The notes: generated by a model from the sequence alone, not told the origin. 64,000 nt of DNA from an uncultured Methanoregulaceae archaeon (GCA_963737635.1 CAVTTL010000001.1:64001-128000); one strand, 5' to 3'; positions 10,116 through 21,350 are shown, counted from the stretch's first letter. Translations and numbers: made by a program.

Positions 10116-10611
10116 ATGGATCTCTATATTCTCCGCCATGGGAAGGCAGGACAATCGTTCAATCGTCCCGGGGATAGTGACCGGAAAGCTTACCTCTGAG
10201 GGCAGGAGCGAGATGCGAAAGGTCGCGCGATGGATACGATCAAAAAAAATCCGGTTCGAAGTTATTGCCACAAGCCCCCTCACCCGCGCCCACGAAACAG
10301 CGGAGATTGTTGCCCGGGCGCTCAAACAGAAAGACCGGCTTGAAGTCTGGGACGAACTTTCACCTGGTGGCGATCCCGATACGATATTCTCTCATGCCGC
10401 GCAGTATGACAAGAATGCTGCCGTGATCCTTATCGGGCATGAACCCGTATTGTCCGGTCTTATCGGGAGAATCATCACCGGCGGAGACAGCGCCTCCATT
10501 AGCCTCGCCAAAGGCGGCATGGCAAAGATCCGGGACTATAGTTTTAACAGCACGCCGTCCGGTGATCTCCAGTGGTTGCTGACGCCCCGACAGATGGCGG
10601 AGATGCAATAA
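10116..10611 (+). CDS. sixA: Phosphohistidine phosphatase SixA (1-nt insertion near 10186)
   Basis: ATG 10116 after GAGGAGG gives MDLYILRHGKA; the second frame gives LTSEGR, TSPLTRAHETA and LIGHEP. Confidence 0.88.
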
Positions 10612-10632
10612 AAGATACCGGTTTTTCCTTAT

Positions 10633-12237
10633 TTACTGACCCTTTTTATATCCCCACCCGCGCAGCTGATCGATAAGTTCCACGGGTTTTTTGGTCACCG
10701 TATTAATACGCCCTGCATAAACCCGGCCGCTCGGGCCGTCAAGGGTGATATAATCACTTTCATACAGGTCCCCGGCCGGAAAAGGTGCACATCCGGCGGG
10801 TAAGATCGATTTTGAGGTCTTCACAGCTGACGATGCAGACTTTGCCCATCTGCCGCGCCACAACAGCTGCGTGGGACGTCCGTGCCCCCCGGATGGTGAG
10901 GATACCGGCAGAGGCAGCGATGCCACTAATGTCATCCGGGGTCGCTGTTTCCCGGACCAGGATAACCGGTGAGGTTTTGGCAAGCTCGACCGCACGTTCG
11001 CTCGTAAAAGCGATCTTTCCCGAGGCGACGCCGAGAGATGCAGAAATCCCGGTCGCGAGAGGACTTTCTGTGGTCTCGAGGGTCTGGATGGTAATAGCAT
11101 CGATATCGATATTTTTGATCCGGTCGAGTGCCTCGTCTTTTCCAATGATATTCTCCCGGACAAGGTCGACGGCAATATGCAGGGCCGCAAGAGGGGCCCG
11201 TTTCCCGGACCTGCTCTGGAGGATGAAGAGTTTTCCTTCCTGAACCGTGAACTCGATGTCCTGCATGTCCCGGTACAGGTATTCAAGCCTTGTTGCCGCA
11301 TAGGACAATTCTCGGGCTGCAAGGGGGATCCGTCCCGAAAACACATGGTGTGATACCACGCCCATCAGGCCAGAGACTATATCTTCGCCTTGTGCCCCAA
11401 ACCTGAAATCGACGAGAAGTTCGTTTGAACCGGTCCATGGGTTCCGGGAGAAAGCAACGCCGGCCCCGGAAAGGGTACCAAGGTTCCCAAAGACCATCGC
11501 CTGCACCGTCACGCCGGTACCGCGTACACCGGGGCCGGGATTCATATTCCGGAAGGTTACGGCACGGGGGCTGTTCCATGACTGCAGGATTGCGGTCGTG
11601 GCCAGTTCGAGCTGCACAAAGACATCTTCAGGCAACCGTCTTCCGTTTGTCCGCGGGTACAGCTTTCGTACTCCTCTGCAATTGACCGAAGGGCTGAGAA
11701 ATCGAGTGCGGCTTCTTCGGTGAGCCGTTCTTTTTCCATACTCTCCTGCACAATCTTCCGGTACTGGCCGGGGTCATGGGAAAAAACCACGGTGCCAAAA
11801 TTTTCAAGGAACCGCCGGTACGAGTCCCAGGCAAATTTCGGGTTCCCCGTCTGTGCTATGAGCCCCCGCAGCGTATCCCGGTTCAGCCCGATATCGAGGA
11901 TTGTCTCCATCGCACCGGGCATACTCGCCGGTGCCCCGGATCGTACCGAAACAAGGAGAGGCCGCCGGCCAGCACCGTAGAGCTGCCCGGTAGACCGCTC
12001 GATAAAAGCAAGCCCCTGGCGGAGAATCTCAGGCACATCGTCGGGGAGTACCTGGCCGTTCCGGTAATATTCCTCGCAGATATCGACGGAAAGGGCAAAC
12101 CCCGGGGGGACCGGGATGCCTTGTGCAGACATCTGGGTAAGAACAGAGGCTTTGTTCCCAAAATCCCCGGAGGTCACCTCATTCCTTACTTCAGGCCCAA
12201 AGAATACGATCCGGGGGGTTTTATCGGTCATAGGCAA
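10633..12237 (-). CDS. ppdK: Short (~530 aa) pyruvate phosphate dikinase-like protein: ATP-grasp plus phospho-His swivel domain, no pyruvate-binding barrel (indels near 11663 and 10772)
   Basis: GNKA, LLVSVRSGAPASMPGAMETILDIG, VQAMVFGN, DMQDIEFTVQEGKLFILQSR, GARTSHAAVVAR, ITLDGPSGRVY, then a stop about 25 aa later. Confidence 0.85.
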
Positions 12238-12246
12238 AAATCATCC

Positions 12247-14193
12247 CTAACGGTTCATGCTCTCAATCATGTTATCCCGGACAAGGAACGAGACTTTGAG
12301 GAGGGTGTTGGAAGCTTCCTCCAGCGTCCGGGCAATTTCCAGGTATAACTGGAATTCCTTAAAGTCGGTACATTGCTGGAAAATGATCCGGGCTGTCCTT
12401 CGTAAGGATTCATCGCACAGTCGTTCAATCGAGAAGACTTCATCAACAGCGGTCAGGAGATCTTTCATGTCCTCGCGCTGGCTGGTGCGGTGAAATTCCT
12501 CTGCGGCCATGAGGATCTTCAGGTACCCCCGGCATCCTTTCAGGTCGAGCTCGGCAAGGTTCCTGAGCTCGAAGAGGATATCTTTTGAGTCACCCTGCTC
12601 CGGAACAAGAGTAATAAAAAAACCGGCTTCTTCGAGATAATCCGCAATATCATCCGCGGTCGCGATAAGGGAGATGAAAAAGCCGGGGTTCTGGATCCTC
12701 TGGGAAAGGTTTCTCATCCGGTTGACGAGATCGTCTGCCTTGTGCTCCCATTCCTTTGCCCGGGCGGCATTCCGGGTTACCGCTGCAAGATCGCGCTGGT
12801 CGGATACCGCCCACAAGGATTCCAGGACAATCGACGCGATCTCGATCGAGAACGAGGCATGTTCCTGGCAGAGGTCCAGCATCCCTTCGTGCGCGGACCG
12901 GAAATACCGGAGTAGTTCGGCGCGGATCTCGTTCTGGAGCAGGAACCGGGACGTGTTTGCAAGAAGTCCTTTTGATGCGGTCCGGAGCACGAACAGGAGA
13001 TATTCCATGGTCTGCTCCTTCCCGAGGATTTCGTGCAGCGGCTCACCGTACTGAAGGGGAATGCTCGAGGCCAGTTCAAGCGCTTCATAGATAAGCCGTT
13101 CGCCTCCCAGTTCAAGGAAGGCAATGTGCCCGATCTCTTCATTGGCTGCCCGGGAGAGCACTTCAATGGCGTCTGCATTGGGGACGAAATTGCGCAGCCT
13201 CTTGCGTGCCCGGTTCCAGTCGATCAAAAAAACGACCCGTGAGCCGGTGTGCGCGAGAAAATCCTGTGCATCTTTTTCATCGTGGGCATGGTAGGTGCCG
13301 ATAGAGAGGTGAAAGACCGGAACCTCGAATTTCTTCCCGGGCGTCCGGGAGATGGTGTCGCTCCATTGTACCGGGAACGGATGAAAGAGATCCTGGAAAA
13401 AGTGGAGCCGGGGGAGGTGGATATCGGTATAGGTAATGGTAATCGTCAGGTCCCTGACTTTTACCACGAGAACATGTGCATCGGTCAGGCCGATATCGTT
13501 CTGAATAATCAGCTCATCCCCGGACCGGGTCGCAATCGTCCCGAGACCCGGGTGACCGAATTTCAGAGGAGCGGTCCGGTTGACCCCGGACATAAAGGCC
13601 CGGACCATCCCGCGATCCGGATCGGTCAGGAGATAACAGAGGGCACCATCGATATCCTCGTTCGAGATCTGTGTCTGAAGGGCATTTACCGCTTTATGGA
13701 GATCCATGACCAGCAGGTGGATACTATCTGCACCGGAATCCTTGTCACCCCGTGTAATGGTATCGATGAGATCCCCGGTTATTGGCCCGTCCCCGGGTGA
13801 GGCGAGGGATGTCCGGAGACTGGCGAACCGATCCCCAAACGGTTTCGCTTCTGCGGGATCCTGCGATGCAAGCGGGGTTATCATTTCCTCTACTGCGGTC
13901 GCCAGCTCAGAAAAGATCCGGCTTATCAGGGGAATCGCATACCCGTTTTTATCCATCCGGGTCGCACCACCGACAACCGTGTCAAGATCGGGATCCGGTA
14001 TCCCGACCGATTCGCGCTCGGCCCGGAGATTTGAGTGGTTCTGGCCGGGATCATCCGCATGGTTCCGGGCTGCCTGGATGAGCGTGAAATAATATTTGAT
14101 CCGGTCGTTTGCCCTCAGGGCGGCATTGACAAGAGCAGGGAGAAGAAGTTTCTCTTCCCCGAGTTCTTCGAGGATCTCGTATTTTTCGACCAT
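12247..14193 (-). CDS. Large phosphate-transport-regulator-like protein with a C-terminal DUF47/PhoU-like helical domain
   Basis: C-terminal AKEWEHKADDL..TADDIADYLEEA..IERLCDE..LEEASN pattern typical of DUF47; N-terminal IQNDIGLTDAHVLV and FLIDWNRARKRL; about 10 bp from ppdK, so probably co-transcribed. Confidence 0.7.
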   Translation of the reverse strand: MVEKYEILEELGEEKLLLPALVNAALRANDRIKYYFTLIQAARNHADDPGQNHSNLRAERESVGIPDPDLDTVVGGATRMDKNGYAIPLISRIFSELATAVEEMITPLASQDPAEAKPFGDRFASLRTSLASPGDGPITGDLIDTITRGDKDSGADSIHLLVMDLHKAVNALQTQISNEDIDGALCYLLTDPDRGMVRAFMSGVNRTAPLKFGHPGLGTIATRSGDELIIQNDIGLTDAHVLVVKVRDLTITITYTDIHLPRLHFFQDLFHPFPVQWSDTISRTPGKKFEVPVFHLSIGTYHAHDEKDAQDFLAHTGSRVVFLIDWNRARKRLRNFVPNADAIEVLSRAANEEIGHIAFLELGGERLIYEALELASSIPLQYGEPLHEILGKEQTMEYLLFVLRTASKGLLANTSRFLLQNEIRAELLRYFRSAHEGMLDLCQEHASFSIEIASIVLESLWAVSDQRDLAAVTRNAARAKEWEHKADDLVNRMRNLSQRIQNPGFFISLIATADDIADYLEEAGFFITLVPEQGDSKDILFELRNLAELDLKGCRGYLKILMAAEEFHRTSQREDMKDLLTAVDEVFSIERLCDESLRRTARIIFQQCTDFKEFQLYLEIARTLEEASNTLLKVSFLVRDNMIESMNR

Positions 14194-14344
14194 TATTCCA
14201 CATCACATTATATCAGGAAATTTTATTCCTACAAGCGAGATAACGGAACCTTATACCCTTATGACCCAAAAAGAGTTTCGATGATGCAGTCCTGGTACCG
14301 GAATAAAACAGGATGTGCCAGTACAAACCAAAACGCCCGTTGAG

Positions 14345-15697
14345 TTATGCACCGCGCTTGATCCGTTCGCGTTCCCGGGCTATCTGGACATGACCAGGGT
14401 TGATCGCAAGAACCTGGTCGTACGCCGCGATCGCTTCGGTATCCCGTTGTGTTTTTTTCAGGATGAATCCCTTATAGATCCAAGCGTCAACAGAAGCCGC
14501 GTCAAGCGCGATTGCCTTGTTGCACGAGGTTAGTGCCTCTTCATATTCCTCGAGCATGACCAGGGTCTTTGCCCGATTGATCCAGACACCGATGTTTGCC
14601 GGATCGAGTTCGAGGGATCGATCATAGGCGGACAGCGATTCATCATAGAGCCCGGCTTTTTTCCGTACATCCCCAAGAGCCCGCCACGCATCCGGATTGC
14701 CGGGGTTTGTCTCTGCATAGCGTTCAAACATCGCCGCTGCATCCTTAAATTTCCCTGTTTTGCTATAGAGATTGCCAAGAATATACCAACGGTCCGGGAC
14801 GGGAACCTTTTCCGGGTGCCGGTCTATTTCTACGATGAGTTCTTCATAGGTACTGCACCGGGGCGCGGCAGATGCCGGGACCGGTTCGGAAGCGGGTTGT
14901 TCCTTTTCCGGGAATATTCCCGGTGGCACGGAGACTTCGGGGGGGTCGCTTTGGACCGGCCTGACTGGGATGGCCCTCTCAATAATAATCCGGGCGACCT
15001 GTTCAGCACCGACGTGCCCCTTCTGGTTTTTGACGGAATCCTGTTTCAGTGCTGGCAATTCCGGGGCTGTTCTGATGAGAGAAGAGGGTGTATCGGCTAC
15101 AGGAAGCGGCTGTACGATCGGCCCGGGGGGGGTCCGACCGGATTTTTCCGGGAGATGTTCTTTTGGATGTTTTAGGAGAGAGGGTTCCGGGCGGCCGGTC
15201 TCCTTAGTCTTTTTTCGGGCAACACTGATTCCTATTAACGCATCCATGTGCCGTGGATCGAGGCTCAGGACCTGTTCGTACGCGAGAATAGACGCGTCAT
15301 ATTTTTCCTGAATTGCAAGGGTCAGTCCTTTTGCATACCAAGCTTGTACAAAAGTCGGGTGTATCGCAAGGGCGCGGTCGTAGAGGTCAAGCGCAAGGGA
15401 ATGCTTACCAAGATTGGAATAGATAAGACCTTTATAAACAAGGGCGTCAGGAAGATCGGGATCAATTCCGAGCGCCCGGTCAAAATATTGCAGCGCTTCC
15501 TCAAAGGATCCCAGCTGGTACAGGGCATAGCCCTTGAGCTGGGAGGCACGTGCACGGCCCGGTTCAGCAGCCTGAACTTTTTCAAGGAGATCGATGGCAT
15601 CGGCATAATATCCCTGTCGACACAGGACTTCTCCCCTGTCGAAGAGTGAATCCGGATCCGCTGCCGTATTTTTCAGGAGTTTTTCCATGATGCCCAT
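14345..15697 (-). CDS. TPR repeat protein (two TPR clusters separated by a Pro-rich linker)
   Basis: Repeated A..YD.AL.I.P motifs at both ends. Confidence 0.88.
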   Translation of the reverse strand: MGIMEKLLKNTAADPDSLFDRGEVLCRQGYYADAIDLLEKVQAAEPGRARASQLKGYALYQLGSFEEALQYFDRALGIDPDLPDALVYKGLIYSNLGKHSLALDLYDRALAIHPTFVQAWYAKGLTLAIQEKYDASILAYEQVLSLDPRHMDALIGISVARKKTKETGRPEPSLLKHPKEHLPEKSGRTPPGPIVQPLPVADTPSSLIRTAPELPALKQDSVKNQKGHVGAEQVARIIIERAIPVRPVQSDPPEVSVPPGIFPEKEQPASEPVPASAAPRCSTYEELIVEIDRHPEKVPVPDRWYILGNLYSKTGKFKDAAAMFERYAETNPGNPDAWRALGDVRKKAGLYDESLSAYDRSLELDPANIGVWINRAKTLVMLEEYEEALTSCNKAIALDAASVDAWIYKGFILKKTQRDTEAIAAYDQVLAINPGHVQIARERERIKRGA

Positions 15698-16067
15698 TTA
15701 CTGAAACCCCGGATCGTTTTCGGTTCACATAGATTTTTCTTTTGGATAAAGGAAAACGCGACAATATATAGATTAACATATCAGAAATATATATTTTTCA
15801 ATCAGAAATTTATATACTTCAACAATTATTTATTATAAGCCAAAAAATACTAAAGATGATAATCTAATATACTTCCTGATTTTTATCTGTACGGCGGGCC
15901 AGTCCTTATTCTCCTCCAGTTGATTCCGGTGGTGACCATTATGCGGGGAACAAGACCCGGGCAAAAGAGTCTGGATTGAACGTACCGAAGTAACCGAATT
16001 TTCTCCAGCCCCCAATTACAAACCTTTAATATAAAACCTCTTTAAAGGAATTTAGTGTGGTGTACGG

Positions 16068-16811
16068 GTGAACCCAAAATTTTTCGGCGATGCCAAAGAC
16101 CTGTTTAAATACGATCTTATCACGACGATAATGAAAGGGGTCGGGGAGAGCATTGACCGGATTGTCATCGTGCCGATGCTTACAAAATATGATCCCAAAT
16201 TCCGGGGAAACCCGGGCTGCCGGAACACAAACCTGATAGCCTGTTTCCGACGCTTGAGGCGGACAGAAGAAGTCGATCACTATTATGACGAGTTAAAGGA
16301 TTATTTAAAAGAACTCAAAAAAGATCTCCAGAAAGACAAGGTTCGGGTGAGAATTGAGAAAAAGGAGATCTTTTCCCAGCAGACACGCGACCATTATTTT
16401 AAGAGTTTTTATGATAATTTCCCCGGGAACAGCCTGATCTTTATTGATCCGGATACCGGGATCAAGGAAAAGAATTTTACGGAAAAACACTTCTCGTTCC
16501 AAGAGTTAAAGCAGGCTCATGACCTTCTCGACCAGAACTCCATTCTGATGGTATACCAGCACTATCTCCGTCGGAGACAACCGGGCCTCAATGATGCGGA
16601 GAAGAAAAGCAGGGAGATAAAAGAACTGACCGGGACAGCACCTCTGGTTATTGCCGATAACACGGTGATGTTTATTTTCCTTACACGGAACCGGGAACTG
16701 AGGGAGACCCTGGCTAAGATCCTAAGAAATTATGCCCGGGTAGAGCAGGCGGCAGCAAGAAAGAAAAATACCCTTCGCTCCATAGATGTCATAGATCCCG
16801 AATGGTCCTGA
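16068..16811 (+). CDS. Hypothetical protein, possibly a remote RlmJ-like/SAM methyltransferase fold
   Basis: 247-aa A-rich ORF with FFGDAKDLFKY and LIFIDPDTG motifs. Confidence 0.7.
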   Translation: MNPKFFGDAKDLFKYDLITTIMKGVGESIDRIVIVPMLTKYDPKFRGNPGCRNTNLIACFRRLRRTEEVDHYYDELKDYLKELKKDLQKDKVRVRIEKKEIFSQQTRDHYFKSFYDNFPGNSLIFIDPDTGIKEKNFTEKHFSFQELKQAHDLLDQNSILMVYQHYLRRRQPGLNDAEKKSREIKELTGTAPLVIADNTVMFIFLTRNRELRETLAKILRNYARVEQAAARKKNTLRSIDVIDPEWS

Positions 16812-17004
16812 AATCCTAAGGAACAAGATCTTCTCTGTCGGCCCGTTATGGGGAATGTTTTCTTTTTGTCATAATAGCGCTGACGTTTTTTTGTGGTGTA
16901 TTCTCTCCCTATTTCTAAGGAGATAAGGAATAGGATCTTGAGATTGTCACAACCACAGGAACCATATCATAGGCAGGACAAAAACTCTATAGGATTATTC
17001 CCTT

Positions 17005-17907
17005 ATGGCACGAGCTCCAGCATTTCACTCACAGCGCGAACAATTCGAGGATCTCAGTACTGACCAGATTTTCAAGCTGTTTGAATCTTCGTGTAAGACC
17101 AAAAAATCTTCCTTATCCTCCAAGGATCTTGCCGACGCATGGGGAGTTCTTTTCTCCGGCGTATGCCTCTCTGCCGAGGAACTGGTAAACGGGATGCTGA
17201 CCGGGCAGCATCCGCTTAATACAGACCGGGAAAAGATCCTCTGCGAGTTTATCCGAAATGACTGCAAAAGTGGCGGGGGTTTTGTCCTTGAAGTGGCCCG
17301 GAGCGGGGGGAAGATCGACCGTGCAGCATTAATCATGATCGGTGACCCGGAAAATCTTGCGGGTGTCGAACATCATGGCTCAACTGCACTTCACATTCTT
17401 GCTGAAGCATGCGACCGCGCAATGAGGCCTGCCCTTATCAGCCGGGCAGGAAAAAAAGCACTCACCGAGCTGTACGATACGCGGGGGATGCCCCTCCTTT
17501 TTACCATATTTGGGTTAAAAGACCTTGCGCGTGACGATCTCACGGCAATCGGGAAAATGTTTACACGAGATGAGCTGCGAAAGGCGAAGGTCAGGAACCG
17601 GACCGGAAAAACCGGGCTTGAGCTGTATTCCGAGGCAAGCCGGCGACTGAACGGCCGTGAACCTGATGAACGCAATTCATTTGCGGCACCTGGTGCCGTA
17701 AAAAACACAAACCTCCGGGGCCAGTTCGGATCGCGGTCCCATTCGGGCGGGCGTGACACGCACCTCTCAGGCACCGATGTAATGGGGGAGAACCGGAGAG
17801 GGGATGAAGGGACCGGAATATCGAGTTCGGAGCGGTACGATGACCTGATGAGGAATCCACTTGACAATTTCCAAGGGATGGTTCATCGGAAAAACGGGCC
17901 GAAATAG
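17005..17907 (+). CDS. Hypothetical protein with degenerate ankyrin-like repeats
   Basis: GSTALHILA, GMPLLFTI and GKTGLEL spaced about 35 aa apart; disordered C-terminus. Confidence 0.6.
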   Translation: MARAPAFHSQREQFEDLSTDQIFKLFESSCKTKKSSLSSKDLADAWGVLFSGVCLSAEELVNGMLTGQHPLNTDREKILCEFIRNDCKSGGGFVLEVARSGGKIDRAALIMIGDPENLAGVEHHGSTALHILAEACDRAMRPALISRAGKKALTELYDTRGMPLLFTIFGLKDLARDDLTAIGKMFTRDELRKAKVRNRTGKTGLELYSEASRRLNGREPDERNSFAAPGAVKNTNLRGQFGSRSHSGGRDTHLSGTDVMGENRRGDEGTGISSSERYDDLMRNPLDNFQGMVHRKNGPK

Positions 17908-18037
17908 AATTTTCGCTAAAACACGGATTTCCAGAAAAGATTTCCTCCCACACTTTTTTATTATGGTGCAAATGGCGGGGGTCAATTATAATCCCGACCG
18001 GCACAAAGACAGGAATAACAACAAGGGGTAATGGCAA

Positions 18038-18592
18038 ATGCAGAACAATGAGCAGAAAAACACCAGCGCATCCGTACCGTTCCGGACGGTTGCCCATTTC
18101 TATGACCCGGATGACCCGGCACCCGAGAATCACCGGGAGTTGTCGGACCGGGCCGAGAAAGCGATCTTCCGCAGGGTGCTGGAGGGACAGAAAGGGAGGC
18201 ATGAAGCGCTGTGCAACCATCTGGAAATTCTTCTCCCGGCACCCGAGCTGACACCAGACCGTACAGCCGCAATTACTTCAGCGATCCGGTCCCATTTCCG
18301 GCTTCGGGCGGATGAGGTAGGAAGGGACATGAAGCTGACGCAGAATGTCGGTCTCCGGGAGTTCCGGCTTACCATCGCCGTGTGGATTCCCTCATTCATC
18401 GGTATTGCCGTCTGTTCCCAGTTCAAAGGGAACCCGATCGGCGAGGTTGCAGAGAACGTTCTGGTGATCTTGTGTTGGGTGACCCTCTGGCAGCCGTTCC
18501 AGGTTCTGGTCTTTGACCGGTGGACGCAATCGGAAACTGCAAAAGTGTACCGGAAGATCGCGGAGATGGAGATCGGGGTCCGGGCAGCCTGA
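18038..18592 (+). CDS. Hypothetical membrane protein (2 TM)
   Basis: 184 aa with two hydrophobic segments and a WVTLWQP motif. Confidence 0.7.
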   Translation: MQNNEQKNTSASVPFRTVAHFYDPDDPAPENHRELSDRAEKAIFRRVLEGQKGRHEALCNHLEILLPAPELTPDRTAAITSAIRSHFRLRADEVGRDMKLTQNVGLREFRLTIAVWIPSFIGIAVCSQFKGNPIGEVAENVLVILCWVTLWQPFQVLVFDRWTQSETAKVYRKIAEMEIGVRAA

Positions 18593-18636
18593 TCCGTCAG
18601 CGGTCCGCCGGGGAACCAACCATTAACTAAACCGCA

Positions 18637-20404
18637 ATGAAAATATCCCTTATCATGACACCCGGTTCGTGGCGGGATAGGCCCCCAGCCAAGATCCAGA
18701 TCCTCGCGGGGTTCTGCGTTCTCTGTATTCTCATACTTGCACTGGTTTTACTCTCAGGGTATCTTACCTGGCCCGTCCCGGTACCGCACGCGAACGTCAC
18801 GGTCCATGTAAAAATTCTTGAGGTAAACGATTTCCATGGGCACATGGCCACGGGACAGATCCTGAATAACCGGCCAGTCGGGGGTGCGCCGGTCCTTGCT
18901 TCCTATCTCAAATCGGCGATGGTGTCCGGGAATGCAGATGGCACCATCATTGCCCTGCCCGGGGATGTGATCGGGTCAGCGCCACCTGTTTCCGGGCTGC
19001 TCCTTGACGAGCCGACCATGCTGTTTTTCAACAGTTTTGCAAACCAGTACTGTACCATCGGATCGAACTCCCCAAGCGTTTCCTGTAATATGGTTGCAAC
19101 GCTCGGCAACCAGGAGTTCAATAATGGTGTACCGGAACTGCTGAGAATGATTAACGGCGGGGATGGAACAACAAATATCACACACGTCGTCGATCCGTAC
19201 CCGGGCACGAAAATCGATTATGTCTGCGCAAATGTGGTCTGGACCGCGAACAACACCCCTGTCCTGCCACCTTATACCCTGCGAACTGTTGACGGTGTGA
19301 CCATTGCATTCATTGGCGCAGATACGATAAAGACTCCCACGCTTACGACCCCTGCCAACGTTGAAGGCCTGACCTTTTTGGATGAAGCCGATTCCATAAA
19401 CCGGTATATCCCGGAGATCCAGAAACAGGGTGTACATGCAATCGTGGTCCTCCTTCACGAAGGCGGGAACCAGACTCCCTATGAGGGCCCCACGCAGGTG
19501 AACGCGACCATGCAGAACGATGGGCGGGTAGTCGGGATTGTTTCCCGGCTTGACCCGGCTGTTGATGTTGTTTTGTCCGCCCATACCCATGAGTTTACGA
19601 ACATCTATCTGCCCAACTCTGTTGGAAAACCCGTGCTCGTGACACAGGCGTACATGTACAGTAGGGGGTATGGCGATATCGATCTCACGATCGACAAAGA
19701 GACCGGGGAGATCGTGGGGAAATCCGCACAGATTATCCCGACCTATGCAGATCAGGCTCCCGGCACCAGCCCGGATCCTGCTACCTCAGCGCTCCTTAAC
19801 GAGGCCCAAAACGCCGTTGCTCCGGTTGAGAACCAGGTAATCGGCGTAGTCTGCGGGGAATATTACCCTGACACAGGACGGTGCCGGGGAATCGGCGATG
19901 GGAGATCTGGTGGCAGACGGGGAGCGGGCCGCGATGAAAACAGATGTGGGATTTGATACATCCGGTGACGTTTTTGCAAATATCTCCAAAGGAAATATTA
20001 CCTGGATGGACCTGTACAATGTCCAGCCTTCTGCAGGGACGCTCATGTCAATGACCATGTCAGGCAAACAGGTCAAGCAAACTCTTGAACAGCAGTGGCA
20101 GGCGCCGCTCCCTTCAAGCAATCTCATTGTCTCGGGACTTTCCTATACTTATGATGCTGCGAAACCTGCCGGAAGTAAAGTGATTTCAGTTTCGATAAAC
20201 GGCGTTCCTCTCAACCTGAATACGAGTTATACCGTTTCAACAGTCGACACCGTAACCTTGGGCTATGACGGGTATACGACGTTTGGGCAGGGATCGAATA
20301 TGACCTACGGGCCGACCGATATCGATGCACTTGTTAACTACGTGGGATCATTGCCTCAACCGGTGAACGTGACAATTGACGGGAGGATACGGAGGATCAA
20401 CTGA
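18637..20404 (+). CDS. Secreted metallophosphatase/5'-nucleotidase family protein (1-nt insertion near 19850)
   Basis: NDFHG, PGD, GNQEF, VLLHEG and SAHTH motifs; 5'-nucleotidase C-terminal domain in 19898..20404 (GESAMGDLVAD, YDGY). Confidence 0.85.
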
Positions 20405-20611
20405 CAGGGCTGATGCACACCTCCCCAGATACGCTGTAGGCGGATAGGAACCACGGGAGATCCGCTAAGCTGTTCTGTCCAGCCGGTGCTGGTGCATTAG
20501 CAGTTTAGTAACTCATACTCTACCTCATTAAAATATTCAAATCAACCGCCACTCGCAACCAGTACCCTCAAAACACATATCAGAGTCCGGAGGCGAATTG
20601 TACCGGTACTC

Positions 20612-21350
20612 ATGAGCGGCACGGTGCGGTATCCCGAAATCGACCTCTTCCGGGGTATCGCCATCGTGATGATGATCCTCTTTCACACCATCTTCGATCT
20701 CACGTTTTTTCGGATCGTTCCGTTCGATGTAACAGATGGGTTCTGGCGGTATTTTGCCTACGCCACTGCCTCGCTTTTCCTGCTCATTGTAGGAATATCA
20801 CTTTCGATTAGCCATGCCCGCGCTGTATCCCACCTCAATGGTTGGGCACGGGTAAAAAAATTCATCCTGAGAGAGCGGCATTTTCTGCTGCGGGCTTCTG
20901 GTAACTCTTGCAACCTGGTGGTACCTTCAGGAGGGATATGTCATATTCGGTATCCTGCACCTGATCGGGGTTGCGGTTATGCTCTCGCCGCTTTTCTTCC
21001 GGTTCCGCACCTGGAATGCGGTGATCGGGATCGTCTTTATTGCCCTCGGGTGGATCCTTGCCACTATCCCGGGCCCTATGGGGCTTTTGGTCTTCGGCAT
21101 TCACCCGCTCATGTTCCAGAGTGTCGATTATACCCCGGTGTTTCCGTGGATGGGACTCGTTTTGATCGGCCTTGCCGTTGGGGAGTTCGCCTACCCCGGG
21201 GGAGAGCGGAGGTGGACACTTCCCAAGATCCCTGAACGGGAGATCGCCCCACTTTCTTTTCTTGGCAGGCATTCGCTCATTATTTACCTCGTGCACCAGC
21301 CGGTAATCCTCCTGATAATACACTTTGTAACAGGCGCACCGATTCTCTGA
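20612..21350 (+). CDS. DUF1624 / heparan-alpha-glucosaminide N-acetyltransferase-like membrane protein (indel near 20873)
   Basis: IDLFRGIAIVMMILFH, DYTPVFPW and LGRHSLIIYLVHQP motifs. Confidence 0.85.
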
